A DNA stretch of 55,249 bases from an uncultured Lentisphaerales bacterium (GTDB lineage Bacteria > Verrucomicrobiota > Lentisphaeria > JABSQK01 > UBA12247), in assembly GCA_943788985.1 (NCBI GenBank), contig CALSSJ010000041.1, positions 1 through 55,249 on the forward strand, given 5' to 3'. Shown here piece by piece: positions 1 to 10,654 of this stretch. Position 1 is the stretch's first letter. Every line of letters begins with the position of its first letter. Made by a program: the position numbers and the translations under genes. The notes beneath the pieces were generated by a model. The model saw only the letters and a list, made by a program, of their open reading frames with translations, did not search any database and was not told the DNA's origin.

Positions 1-3000
1 GACTACCTGCGGTTCTACCTGGATGGTGAGTTGGCCGCAAGCTGGAGCGGCGAGTTGGACTGGCTCACAGTGGCCTTTTCAGTCTCTGCTGGTTTACACG
101 ACTTTCGCTGGGTCTACGAGAAAGATGTTTCAGATGCGGCCGGCGACGACCGCGCGTGGATCGATGACGTATCCTGGCCCGACCAGGGCGAATGGTCCGC
201 CCATGATACCTTTGCCGCCCCCTTGGATGCCGGACGCTGGTCCAGCAGCAATTCCGGAACGGGGAGCGCTCCCGCCAGCGCCAACGGCAGCGTCACGCTA
301 GCCACGGGCAGCAATGGTGCGAGCAGCATCACCAGCACCTCCATGCCTCAGAATGAAGGCTTGTTGGCCGCCTTTAGTTTCATTGGCGAAGGCGAGGCAC
401 ACGTGCTCTTTGAGCTACTCGATGGCCGCAGCGTCGCAGTCGAAATTGGCCCCGATCAGGCTGCCGCCGAACATTCGGGGACCGCCCGAATCGTGGGCGG
501 CCAAGATGCAGAAGACGTCTGGCCGTGGGTAGCAGGGCTGGCCACTCGCGGTGTGCAAGACGGTTTCCAAGCTCAATTCTGCGGCGGCACTCTCATTCAC
601 CCCAGCTGGGTGCTCACTGCCGCGCACTGCATCGAAGGGGTCCAGGCCGAAACTGTGGATGTCATTCTGGGCCGACGCGATCTGTCCTCCTCTGATGGAG
701 AGCGCATCCCCGTGGCAGAGATCATCCCACTCCCCGGCTACGATCCGGTTACCCTGGACCGCGATCTGGCTCTGCTGCGGCTAGAAACACCTTCCACCAT
801 CACGCCACTGCCTCTGATCACTAGCGCAGATCAATACGCACCGGGCGTCGTCGCGACGATCCTTGGCTGGGGAACACTATCGGAAGGAGGCGCTTCGCCC
901 AATCGCCTTCAAATCGCCGAAGTCCCGATCGTATCCAACGAGACCGCAAACGCCTCGCCTCTGCTCAGCGGGGTCACCGACAACATGTTCGCCGCCGGTT
1001 TCGCAAGCGGCGGGGTCGACACCTGCCAGGGCGACAGTGGTGGCCCCATCATTGTCCCTGACGGACAGTTGTGGCACCTCGCCGGCGTCACAAGCTGGGG
1101 AATCGGCTGCGCCCAGCCACAAGGCTACGGCCTCTACACGCGCATCGAGAACTTCCTGACCTGGATCAGTGACCACGTCGGCGCGCGCCAACTCACCGCG
1201 CGGCTCCTTCAGGGCGACGTCGTCCTTGCGGAGTCCGCAACCCTCAACACGAGCGCGGACGCCTTTCGAATCGCCCTGCGCACCGATGACGGCATTCGGC
1301 TCGAACAGAACGGGCTGACCATTTGGGAGGCAGAGACTGCAGCTTCCGGCACGATTACGGGACTTGCGATCTCCGCACTTTCTGATGAAGGCCCCACAAC
1401 CATCTCCCTAGACGAGGTCTCACTCTACGATGGCGCTGCCCAAGCGCCGCCTGCGGTCATCCCTGAGTTCTCGCTGCCCCGCGCGCCCATCGGCGGCCAA
1501 GTAAGCTGTGATGTCGTGCTTGTCGGGCCCACCGGCACCTATGCCGTGACCAGCGAACTGCACTACCCCTCTGCCTACCTAACACCGCTGCAGTTGCCCG
1601 CCAACATCACCCACCAAGCCCCGGGAATCCTGAGCGTGGTCATTCCCGAAGGGCACGTTGGGCCCGACCACGATCCTCGGCACCGTCTTGTTTTCCGTAT
1701 CTGCCACTGCCCCAGTCGAGGCAACCGTACAGACTGCGAACTCCGCAACCACCATCGCCGATTCGATCGAGCAAGGGTCGGCTACCCTGGCCATCATCAA
1801 CGCCGTGCCGTACGACCTATTCGAGGCACCGCTGGTCTTGGATCCGTTGAGCGGGACAGTGACCGGATCCGTAGACGGAGCCAGCGCAGAGGATAACGAG
1901 CCAACCCACACGAGCTTGGGGAAGGGCGCTTCACTCTGGTTTTCATGGACCGCACCAGCGGATGGGCACGTGTCCTTCGATACGTTCGGAAGTCTCTTCG
2001 ACACCGTTCTGGTGGCCTACCAGGGTGCATCGCCTTGGACTCCGCTCACCCCGCTCGCCGAAAACGATGACGTCTACCAGACCCTGCGCAGCCGCATTGT
2101 GCTGCCAGTAAAGGCCCGACAGAATGTCCGGATCGCCCTCGACCAGGTGTCCCAGGCCAACGCCACTTTTCAGCTACAGCACAGTTTTCGCCCCACCCTG
2201 ATCCAGGTTGGGGGCACGACCGAAGATTGGCAGGGAGCCCCGGAATACCAGTGGGAAAGCTTCGGAAATGCCCCCTGGACCGCAGATGCTGGCGCGCTGC
2301 GCAGTGGCGCTGCAGGAGACCTGGGCCTGAGCGGCATCGAAACCTACGCCGCAGTCGGTACGGGCAGCGTCGAGTTTCGGCTACGCACCAGCTCGGAATT
2401 CACCTACGACTTCTTGGTCTTCACCATAGATGACGTCATCACAGCGAAGTGGAGTGGTGAGATCGCCTGGCAAACCTATACGGCCAACGTGAGCCCTGGC
2501 CTGCATCGCTTCTCCTGGATGTACAGCAAGGACCCCAGCTTCGGTGCCTTTGAGGATGCGGTCTGGATTGATGATATCAGCCTGCCGGCCCCAGACCCGC
2601 TCCAGCTAGCACGAACTCCCGGGACGACCTGGCTACATGTCGACGAGGGGAATTCGGTGGTCGCCTCGGTGGGTGTAGAGAATCCAGTCGGACTGCTTTC
2701 CTACGAGTGGACCTACGACGGCAACTCCGTCCCCGGAGACTTGCCCACAACAACCATTTCCCCCGATTTCGATTCGATCACTCACCCTACGCTCTCCGAG
2801 ACCACAGATTTGGAATGCCATATCACCGACCTGGGCACGGGAAAAACCGCAACTCTGAGCTGGGTGGTCACGGTAAACGATCAGGATCAACCGCCTCCAA
2901 CGCCAACAATCCGCGTGGTCCCGACCGTCGCCCGCGTCGGATCTGCTGTGGTTGGTGAACTCACTCCAGCACTGGATCTGGACGGGGATGCCGTCCAATA

Positions 3001-4134
3001 CCGCTTTCGTTGGGAAGGCGCAGGCAGAACCATCGTCGGTCCCATTCTACCAGCCGGCACCGCGACCCGCGGCCAGGTCTGGCAATTTACGGTCACCCCA
3101 GAGACCTTTCCCTATGGCAACCGGGTGCAGCATGCGGGAGTCACCACCTCGGTGACCTTTGCGAACTCCGCACCAGTTATCCAGGATCAATTCATTGCGA
3201 TCTCCGCAGCTGTGACTGCACTTGCACCGGACGCCCATGATCCCGACGGAGACGCGCTCACCGTAGAGATTCTGAGCGCACCGCAGCACGGGACCTGGAA
3301 CGGCACTCACTACACGGTTGCGAACTTCGCAGCCTGGGAAGACGAGATCGTCTGGCGGGTGCGAGACACGGAAGGGGCAACCGCGAGCGCAAAGCTTACC
3401 CTGCTTCCTCGGCGGCTGGCGGCTCCCGCTGCTGGCAACCGGAGAGCAAGTGGAGATTGGTGCAGCGATCGGCGCCATCGCCGGTGTGGGCGCAGAAGAC
3501 ACGATCGCCGCGACGCCGCTGTTCGCCCAGGGCAGCGGCAGCGACCTAGACGTGGACCTGCGAGCACTTGGTGCCCCGGCAGTTTGGGAGCTGCCACTCT
3601 CAGAGACGACGGTCCTGCAATGGGACCCCGCGCTGGTTCCACCGCTCGGCCTCACAATCGGGCCCGCGCAGCTCGACATGCGTGCCGTTGCGGAGTTCGC
3701 AACCACCGAAAACGCAGTCATTACCACGACCGCGCATGAATTCGAGCTCACGCTCCACCCGGGTTGGAACTGGTGCTCCCTGCCGATTCAACCGCTGCAG
3801 CCAACCGTGAACGACCTCTTTCCAGCGGCAAGATGTGTACTGTTGGAACGACGGCTGGAAAAGGCCAGCGCTCCTCAATGCCGGGGAGGGCTTTACCGTC
3901 TTCGTGCCCGGTGAAGGCTACATAATTCAGATCTCAGGCTACGAGAACGCACTCGAGCCCAGCGGAACGGGCTGGCAACTGGTCGGCCCCACCTCGAAAC
4001 CACCCTACCAGGCGGTGCCAGCCACGGACCTAAGCGCCGATCCAGTCTGGACGGCAGCCGGCGATGCCTTTGAGCGCGCCGAAATGCTCCAACCAGGTAC
4101 AGCCTACTGGGTCTGGCGCAGCACGGCACCTTAA
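1..4134 (+). CDS. Large secreted multidomain S1A trypsin-like serine protease (5' partial; split by three apparent +1 homopolymer indels)
   Basis: Frame 1 is open from base 1 (DYLRFYLDGELAASW...). The trypsin domain (~490-1179) has R|IVGG, FCGGTLI..WVLTAAHC, DLALLRL and GVDTCQGDSGGP. Removing one base from each of the runs GGG 1651-1653, CCC 3399-3401 and TTT 3819-3821 joins ORFs 31..1896, 1658..3739, 3318..3914 and 3835..4134 into one frame of >1370 aa. It also has a duplicated 'F.ID....WSG...W....G.H.F.W.Y.KD...D.WIDD' domain, Ig-like repeats and a C-terminal GW(N/Q) domain. Confidence 0.85.
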
Positions 4135-4278
4135 CTCCGTGCCCCTGCCCCTCCCTGCCGCTGCCCGTGCCCTATCTCCGACACGGCGAGAGGCCGAAGC
4201 CGCTGCTCTCCCAGGCTCCACGCGGCTTCACGCGACGCGACTCCCGTCGCTGACTGCACTACGAACTCACGCCTTCTC

Positions 4279-4450
4279 CCTGAGTGAAAGGCTCGGTCCC
4301 TCATGACTGGGCTGACGCCGTGACGATGACTGCTGGTCGGGCGTCATCATGTCAGGGCGGCGTCGGGAGTCATGGCGTCCCCCAGTCACCAAGTCCTATT
4401 CCATCAAGCCCAGGCGTGACGGCTCGCGGGGGCAGCAGGACTCGGTGACT
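4279..4450. repeat. 172-bp structured repeat, copy 1 (REP/REPIN-like)
   Basis: Near-identical to 6166-6337. It contains nested imperfect inverted repeats (catgact...agtcatg; ctgacgccg...cggcgtcgg; gatgac...gtcatc). Confidence 0.9.
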
Positions 4451-4476
4451 CGATGACTTGGTGACGCCCGATGACA

Positions 4477-4578
4477 TCATGACTGGGCTGACGCCGTGAC
4501 GATGACTGCTGGTCGGGCGTCATCATGTCAGGGCGGCGTCGGGAGTCTTGGCGTCACCCAGTCACCAAGTCCTATTCC
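4477..4578. repeat. Partial (102-bp) tandem copy 2 of the same repeat
   Basis: tcatgactgggctgacgccg...aagtcctattcc matches 4301-4402 with only about 2 substitutions. Confidence 0.9.
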
Positions 4579-4580
4579 GG

Positions 4581-4667
4581 AATTTGCATAGGTATTCGGG
4601 ACTTAAGCTCTCCAATATGCATGGTTATTCGGGAATACGATCCCTAAATATCCCTTAGTATTCGGGA
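4581..4667 (+). repeat. 33-bp-period mini-array AAT(A/T)T-N7-TATTCGGGA-N12 upstream of the ATPase gene
   Basis: TATTCGGGA occurs at 4593, 4626 and 4659, exactly 33 bp apart. AATTT or AATAT starts 12 bp before each copy. Confidence 0.8.
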
Positions 4668-4747
4668 ATCATGCTCTGATAGTGCGACCTTGGGATCTGC
4701 CGAAGATTGCCGGGATGCCGAAGCAATACGAGCCTGGAGAAATTGAC

Positions 4748-6058
4748 GTGAAACGACTTGCTGAGAAGAGCCTGCTGACGTGGGCAGAACATCCCAAGCG
4801 AAAAGCACTGATCATTCGTGGAGCGCGACAAGTGGGCAAGACATGGCTTGTCGAGAATTGTCTGGCGAAGCAGTTTGAGCGCGTTGTCAAGATAGACCTC
4901 GAGAGTCAGCCGCAATTTCACGCAGCTTTTGCAGGAGAGCTGAGTCCTAAAGCAATGCTCAACGCCATCGAGCCCTACACGGAGCGAATCCTTCCCGGAC
5001 AGACATTGCTGTTTATTGATGAGATTCAAGCCTGTCCAAGGGCGATTACGGCATTGCGCTATTTCTATGAACAGCTACCCGAGCTGCACGTTGTGGCGGC
5101 GGGTTCAATGCTCGAGTTCGCTCTGGGGGAATACTCCGTACCGGTTGGGCGGGTCCAGTATCTTCACCTTTCGCCCATGACGTTCTATGAGTACTTGCTG
5201 GCCATGGGCAAGAACGCCGCAGCAGAAATGACACTGGAGCATCCGCGGGAACACTCACAGGCTACTGTGGACGCGTTGCACGAGCAGTTGCGGGACTATT
5301 TCTTCATCGGGGGAATGCCCGAAGCTGTGGCCACCTATCGTGACACGGGATCGCGACTCGAAGCCTACGACGTACAGGCGCAGATCGTCACATCCTTTCG
5401 TGATGACTTTGCCAAATACCGCCCAGTCGTCAATTCCGCGTGTTTGGATGCCGTGTTTGAAGCAGCCGCCAAGTCAGTGGGACAACAGATTATTTACACG
5501 CAGCTCTATGCGCAGGCCACTGGCAAGACTAACCACAAGGCCTTTGACCTTCTGTGCAGGGCGAAGCTATTCAGTAAGATCTGCTCTGCCACGCCCTCGG
5601 GGTTGCCTTTGGGGCACTCGCAGGGAAAACGCTTCAAGGCGGCGATGCTGGATATTGGCCTCATGCAACATGTGTGCGGGCTACATCCGGCGATGGCCGT
5701 TGGCAACCATGACCTGATGGCAATTTATCGCGGTCAGATGGCTGAGCAGTTCGTCGCCCAGGAGATGTTGGCGTGGCATAGCGAATCGTTGTACTACTGG
5801 TCTCGTGCAACAAAAGGATCTACTGCGGAAGTTGACTATCTTGCAATTCACGACGGCAAGATCCATCCACTCGAAGTCAAATCAGGCCCTGCGGGACGCC
5901 TCCGCAGTCTGCACCGATGCTTGGAGACCTATCCCAACTGCGAACAAGGCTGGGTTCTACAACAGGGGCCCTATCAGGAATTACCTGAACAGGCACTGGT
6001 ATTCTGGCCACTGTACGCCACAGCACAGCTCGGCAATCGCCAGAGACTGCCGCTATAG
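4748..6058 (+). CDS. AAA+ ATPase (AAA_14-type) with C-terminal DUF4143/PD-(D/E)XK-like domain
   Basis: GTG start at 4748 after GGAG. Walker A is GARQVGKT, Walker B is LLFIDEIQ, and the GGMPEAV motif is present. The C-terminus reads EVDYL...PLEVKSG. Confidence 0.9.
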   Translation: MKRLAEKSLLTWAEHPKRKALIIRGARQVGKTWLVENCLAKQFERVVKIDLESQPQFHAAFAGELSPKAMLNAIEPYTERILPGQTLLFIDEIQACPRAITALRYFYEQLPELHVVAAGSMLEFALGEYSVPVGRVQYLHLSPMTFYEYLLAMGKNAAAEMTLEHPREHSQATVDALHEQLRDYFFIGGMPEAVATYRDTGSRLEAYDVQAQIVTSFRDDFAKYRPVVNSACLDAVFEAAAKSVGQQIIYTQLYAQATGKTNHKAFDLLCRAKLFSKICSATPSGLPLGHSQGKRFKAAMLDIGLMQHVCGLHPAMAVGNHDLMAIYRGQMAEQFVAQEMLAWHSESLYYWSRATKGSTAEVDYLAIHDGKIHPLEVKSGPAGRLRSLHRCLETYPNCEQGWVLQQGPYQELPEQALVFWPLYATAQLGNRQRLPL

Positions 6059-6165
6059 ACGCCCCGAAGTGGATGAACATGCTGTATTGCGAGGGGGCAT
6101 CTGTCCGATACCTTTGTGGTTGGCTGGCCGGCTAGCCTGTCGGACTTAGGATGATCGGCTGCAAA

Positions 6166-6337
6166 CCTGAGCGAAAGGCTCGGCCCCTCATGACTGTGTT
6201 GACGCCGTGACGATAACTGCTGGTCGGGCGTCATCATGTCAGGGCGTCGTCGGGAGTCATGGCGTCCCCGAGTCACCAAGTCCTATTCTATCACGCCCAG
6301 GCGTGACTGCTCGCGGGTGTAGCAGGACTCGGTGACT
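6166..6337. repeat. 172-bp structured repeat, copy 3 (direct orientation relative to copy 1)
   Basis: Aligns end to end with 4279-4450 with scattered substitutions. Confidence 0.9.
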
Positions 6338-6560
6338 TGGACAGGCGAGAGCTGGATATCCTGCGGGTCTTGTGGACGCGGGGCAGGTGCATCGCGCCCG
6401 ATGGGCACGAGGCACTGAACGAGCCGCAGCGTCGCGGCTACACCAACACCCGTAAGCTGATGCAGTTGATGGCCGAGAAGGGACTGGTACGCGAGACGAG
6501 TCGCACGCACCGCTACCGCGCCGCCGGCTCGGAAACAGAGGGGCAGTCGCGCTTGTTAAT
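6337..6560 (+). pseudogene. BlaI/MecI/CopY-family repressor fragment
   Basis: ELDILRVLW..G.......HEAL.....GYT...KLMQLMAEKGLV......HRYRAA is the BlaI winged-helix N-terminus. The 5' end abuts the repeat, the dimerisation domain is missing, and there is no M56 peptidase partner. Confidence 0.7.
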
Positions 6561-6759
6561 GATCCCAATACCCTGTCCAAACGTCGAAGGCCCTCGCCTT
6601 CAATTGACGTGCGAAGCTCTCGCGACCACGACACCGGATTTGGGCTTCCGGATCTCGGCCTCGCCGACAATAATCCGGCCACGCTGTAACGGTATTCTGG
6701 TCGCATTGGGATAATGTGTCATTTTCTCGTACGACTCAAGTTCGCACAAGGGAGTTAAA

Positions 6760-7413
6760 ATGTTGCAGGCACTCACAGACCGGCTGGCTCAACATCCAAT
6801 CGCCTACGATCAATTGCGCAGGGTGATCGAGTTTAATTTTGTAGCCCTTCACCGGGCGCTGAGCGAGGCGCGAGAACGTCTAAACATTGACGACAAAGAC
6901 GGCTGGATTCTTGATCTTCCTTGCGGTACCGGAATCTTTGCAACAAATATTGAGGAGGACGCCTACGTCGGGGCGGATCTCGAGGCACTCTACGTAAGCG
7001 CTGCCCGGCGTCGGCACCCGGCACGCCATTTCCAAGTAGCGGATGGAACCGCCCTTCCCTACGCCGACGAATCGTTCCAAGGGGCCATATTAATGGGGTT
7101 TCTGCATCACCTAGATGAGCCGACTGTGGGAGCCGTGTTGGCAGAAGTGGCTCGGGTGCTACGCCCAGACGCGTGGCTAATTCTCATTGAGGACGCACCC
7201 AGCCCGGGCTTTCGTAATCCAATCGGCTGGTGTTTGCAGAAGCTCGATGTAGGAGATCACATTCGCGAAAGCGACGCCTATACGCCGCTGCTGGAGCCAG
7301 CATTTAGAGAACAGTACCGGCGCTCCTTTGCCAGTGGCTTTTGGAACTACACCATGTGGCTGGGACGTAAGCAAGATCTTGGGGACCGAGAAGCCACTCC
7401 CGCGGAGCGCTGA
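6760..7413 (+). CDS. Class I SAM-dependent methyltransferase (Methyltransf_11-like)
   Basis: Motifs ILDLPCGTG, YVGAD, ADGTALPYADESF, FLHHL and EVARVLRP. RBS GGGAG precedes the ATG. Confidence 0.85.
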   Translation: MLQALTDRLAQHPIAYDQLRRVIEFNFVALHRALSEARERLNIDDKDGWILDLPCGTGIFATNIEEDAYVGADLEALYVSAARRRHPARHFQVADGTALPYADESFQGAILMGFLHHLDEPTVGAVLAEVARVLRPDAWLILIEDAPSPGFRNPIGWCLQKLDVGDHIRESDAYTPLLEPAFREQYRRSFASGFWNYTMWLGRKQDLGDREATPAER

Positions 7414-7824
7414 ACGGAAGTTGCGAAGTCCGCAACCAGAACGGAGCGCCACGCGCGGGACAATGACTGCATCGGTCCAGAGCCGGACCTCAGACAGGGC
7501 GGCTAGGCTGCGAACGAGCGAGGACTTTCATGTGAGTAGCTCCCACGCGCCAAGTTGCACCGCCGGTCACGCCATCGACTGGCTGAAGCAGCAGAGCAAC
7601 GCGAAAAAGCGGCAGCTGCATTTTCCCGAATGCCCTACTCGGCCCATAGAGCGCACCCGACGCCTATCAGGAGCTGTATGTGTGTGCGGCCATCGAGAAT
7701 CCAGCACCAAAAACGAAGGCTGGCGTCTTCGCTATGATCAGCAACATCGATGAAAACGCCAGGGTACCCGATGGCGGGCTTTCGGATTGCCCTGTAATCG
7801 GACAAGCCCGGCTCAAATAGACGG

Positions 7825-9528
7825 CTAATCTGCTGGAGCTTGAGGAAGAAGGCTGGCGTGGGTTTTCGGAAGGTAAGGGCCAAGCAGCCGCACATTGTAC
7901 TCAAGCTTCTCGCGAAACTGCCAATAGGTGCCGATCGCGATCTCCTTATGAGCCTCTCCAGCAGTAAACTTTGCATCGACATACGCTTGAAGTTCGTCGG
8001 ACAACGGCCCAGCCAGCAGCAGCCATAACCGCGAATCCTCGGCCATTGGGGTCCGCTCGAAGAAACTAAGATTGATTGAGTCTATGCAGTCGTAGCCGGA
8101 GAACACCCACGCACATCCGTAGCTGCGGACCTCTGCCGCCGCTATCAGACCTGGCAGGTCCGGGTAAGCTAGAAGACGGTCATGCTGTTTGTCGAAGCCA
8201 GCCGGTCCCAACGAGTCTCGTAATTGCTGGATCGTATTGGCTAGATCCTGCCGCACTGTGACGCCGCGCAACAGAGGTGCGGCACACGCCACCGTGTTAT
8301 CGCCCCAACTCCCGCTACGATAAGACTTGTGGATGCAGAACCGGAATGACAGCGTCAGCAGACACACCGCTGCCGCGATAGAGGCGATCCTGCGTCGCCC
8401 AGGCGGCAGCTTGCAGAGCAGCCAGGTCAACTGCGGCGCAAGCAGTATACCTGCCCAGCCGTACATCGTGAAAATCTTGTTACCGCTGCCAAGCAGCGCG
8501 AGCACAATCCCAGCCGGAAAGAGCAGAAAGATTCCCAGCTCAGGTCTCGCATGACGCGCTCCGGCCCGCCACCGCCTCAGCTCGTTTAGGAGAACGACCA
8601 ATGCGCAAGCGCATCCCGCTCGGCCAAGATTGGCGGTGCTCCGGATGACCAGTGCAGTGGAACAGACAATCAGGACCACACACAACAGCGAGGCGAGATG
8701 CGGCCGCTTGCGAGTCACCACTCCCGCCAGGACGAAATAGGCGGCAGCAAGCACCACCATGCGTCCCCAGCTGCTCACACTGCCGAGTGCCTCAAGGGGA
8801 CTCTTGTAGCAAGTTTCCTGAGCCACACGCAGAATTTCCACCAAATCTCGATACTGAGCCGCATGGATCCACGTCCAGAGACCGAACAGGACGCCCGATA
8901 CCGCCACATAGATGACCAGGTTCAACAGCAGAACACGCCCACTCCGACGAAGCAGAACCAGCAACACGCAGCCCCCAAATCCAGCCATCAGAATCCCGTT
9001 TGGCATGCGCCCGGTATAGGCCAAGAACGCCCCCGCTCCCGCGATTGCAGCTCCGATACGCCCGGCCACTTCCCCCCCCCGTGCCGCGATCAACCCGCTG
9101 CACCAGGCAGTCGCGCCGAGGAAGGTAACCGCGGAGTACCAGAGCGTCTTGTAACAGGGAAAGCTAAGCGAAACCGCCGCGAACGCACAGAACACGATCA
9201 TGGCGCTCCGTGAGCATTGACTCTGCCCTTCGCCGAGCCCGTGCACCACGTAGCCTGCATAGCAACTGACGCCAAGGATCAGGATCAGATGAAGGATCCG
9301 GTACAGCAGCAAACCATGTCCAAAGAGCTCGCCAAGCGGGTAAAACAACAAGTGATAGGTGGTAAAGAACGAAGACTCTGGCCCGAAGCGAAGCAAATGA
9401 AGAATCAGGCCCTCATCAGTGACATCGAAGTACCGAGTAAAACCCCATAGGGTAATCAGGCAAGCTAGCGTCAGCCCGGTGCCACCCACTACGAGCATGG
9501 GCCTCGAATGTACGTCTTTATTCATCAA
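7825..9528 (-). CDS. Multi-pass membrane protein, possible GT-C-fold glycosyltransferase
   Basis: About 12 hydrophobic segments, an N-terminal loop motif FDVTDEG, and a soluble C-terminal domain. It lies directly downstream of a flippase remnant. Confidence 0.6.
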   Translation of the reverse strand: MMNKDVHSRPMLVVGGTGLTLACLITLWGFTRYFDVTDEGLILHLLRFGPESSFFTTYHLLFYPLGELFGHGLLLYRILHLILILGVSCYAGYVVHGLGEGQSQCSRSAMIVFCAFAAVSLSFPCYKTLWYSAVTFLGATAWCSGLIAARGGEVAGRIGAAIAGAGAFLAYTGRMPNGILMAGFGGCVLLVLLRRSGRVLLLNLVIYVAVSGVLFGLWTWIHAAQYRDLVEILRVAQETCYKSPLEALGSVSSWGRMVVLAAAYFVLAGVVTRKRPHLASLLCVVLIVCSTALVIRSTANLGRAGCACALVVLLNELRRWRAGARHARPELGIFLLFPAGIVLALLGSGNKIFTMYGWAGILLAPQLTWLLCKLPPGRRRIASIAAAVCLLTLSFRFCIHKSYRSGSWGDNTVACAAPLLRGVTVRQDLANTIQQLRDSLGPAGFDKQHDRLLAYPDLPGLIAAAEVRSYGCAWVFSGYDCIDSINLSFFERTPMAEDSRLWLLLAGPLSDELQAYVDAKFTAGEAHKEIAIGTYWQFREKLEYNVRLLGPYLPKTHASLLPQAPAD

Positions 9529-10400
9529 TCGCGGACTGGGGCTTCATCGGAGGGAATGGCATGATAACGCCTCCACGCCTTTCTGCAAACCACGAACGAG
9601 GCAGGGATTCGTAGCAAAGAGGCGATCATGTAAGCCATGCCAATCCCGGTGAAACCCATGCGTTGCGCCGAACGCAATGGTATAGAGCAGGGGCCTGCCC
9701 GTAAAATGAGGGAGGCGACCATCAACGGCTCTTCTTTGTGCGCTCGAACGAACACGGATAAGGCCAGGCTACAGCGCAACAGAAATGCGGCAGGCAAAAA
9801 TAGAACCGCCTTTGTCGCCGGTAGCACGGGGCTGGGCTTGTCACCAGTAATCAGGACCGGAAAGACAATAATCGCCACAGAGAGCACCGCGAGCAGGACT
9901 CCATGCTTGGGAATCGTCACCCACAAAATGCACTTGAGCTGATCGTGAAATCTGCGCTAGTCCTTCTTGGCGACGTAGCCGCCAAACTCAGGCGTCCTCA
10001 CGGTCACCCACGTGCCAGTGATGCTGGTCACGGCAGTCATCAGATTGATTGTCATACCCAGCCGGCCAGCAACTGCGACACCTTCAACTGCCAAGATGGT
10101 CATGTTAGCCGGTACGTCACACACCAGGTGGTCAGCGCCATTCGCCACTACATCGGGATCTCTTCACGAGCTGCGGCGGCAAGCAGGGCAATGGATCCAG
10201 ACAGCGCTTCGCCGTAGGTGGAGGCGTCGGCAGGGCCAACGGCCTCAAGCCCGTCAGCACCTTGCCAAAGCACGAGGCAGAGCGAGGCGATGCCAAGAGC
10301 AATGACCGTAAGAAACCAGAGCCGGGAACGCTGCAAACTGAGACCTCCTTCCACTGAATTGTCAGCTGTTACCACGCGGTTGCACGAAGATCTCGACTCG
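9525..10400 (-). pseudogene. Degraded Wzx-like polysaccharide flippase
   Basis: Fragments in several frames with internal stops: 'AGRLGMTINLMTAVTSITGTWVTVRTPEFGGYVAKKD*' and 'SVFVRAHKEEPLMVASL' resemble O-antigen translocase motifs. Confidence 0.55.
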
Positions 10401-10654
10401 GACGCGCTGTGAGACGGCTGTCCGGGTGGTCCCAAAGCAGCTGTCCAAATGTCCCTTGGTGAGGACAGGCGATAGTCATCAACCCGTCTTGACGAGTGTG
10501 CAACTATTAGACCGGAGGCGGAACCCAATTCGGTTTGAGCGTCAGGGGGCAGGATTCATGAATGACGGGGGTATTCCTGCCGCGACCGATCAACAGGGGC
10601 ATATCGAAAATAGGACTCGAGGCCGTCGCTTGATAACGGGCCCGGAGTGGGTTA

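Noticed and set aside
4279..4667. CRISPR array interpretation of the long repeats or the 33-bp array
   Set aside because: Repeat lengths (172/102 bp and 9 bp) are outside the CRISPR range, there are only three units, and no cas gene is in the window.
4279..6337. Integron cassette (attC) interpretation
   Set aside because: No RYYYAAC...GTTRRRY ends are recognisable in the repeat, and there is no integron integrase.
7414..7824. Small gene or ncRNA between the methyltransferase and the membrane protein
   Set aside because: Only weak hairpins and ORFs without motifs; nothing supportable apart from the palindrome at 7422.
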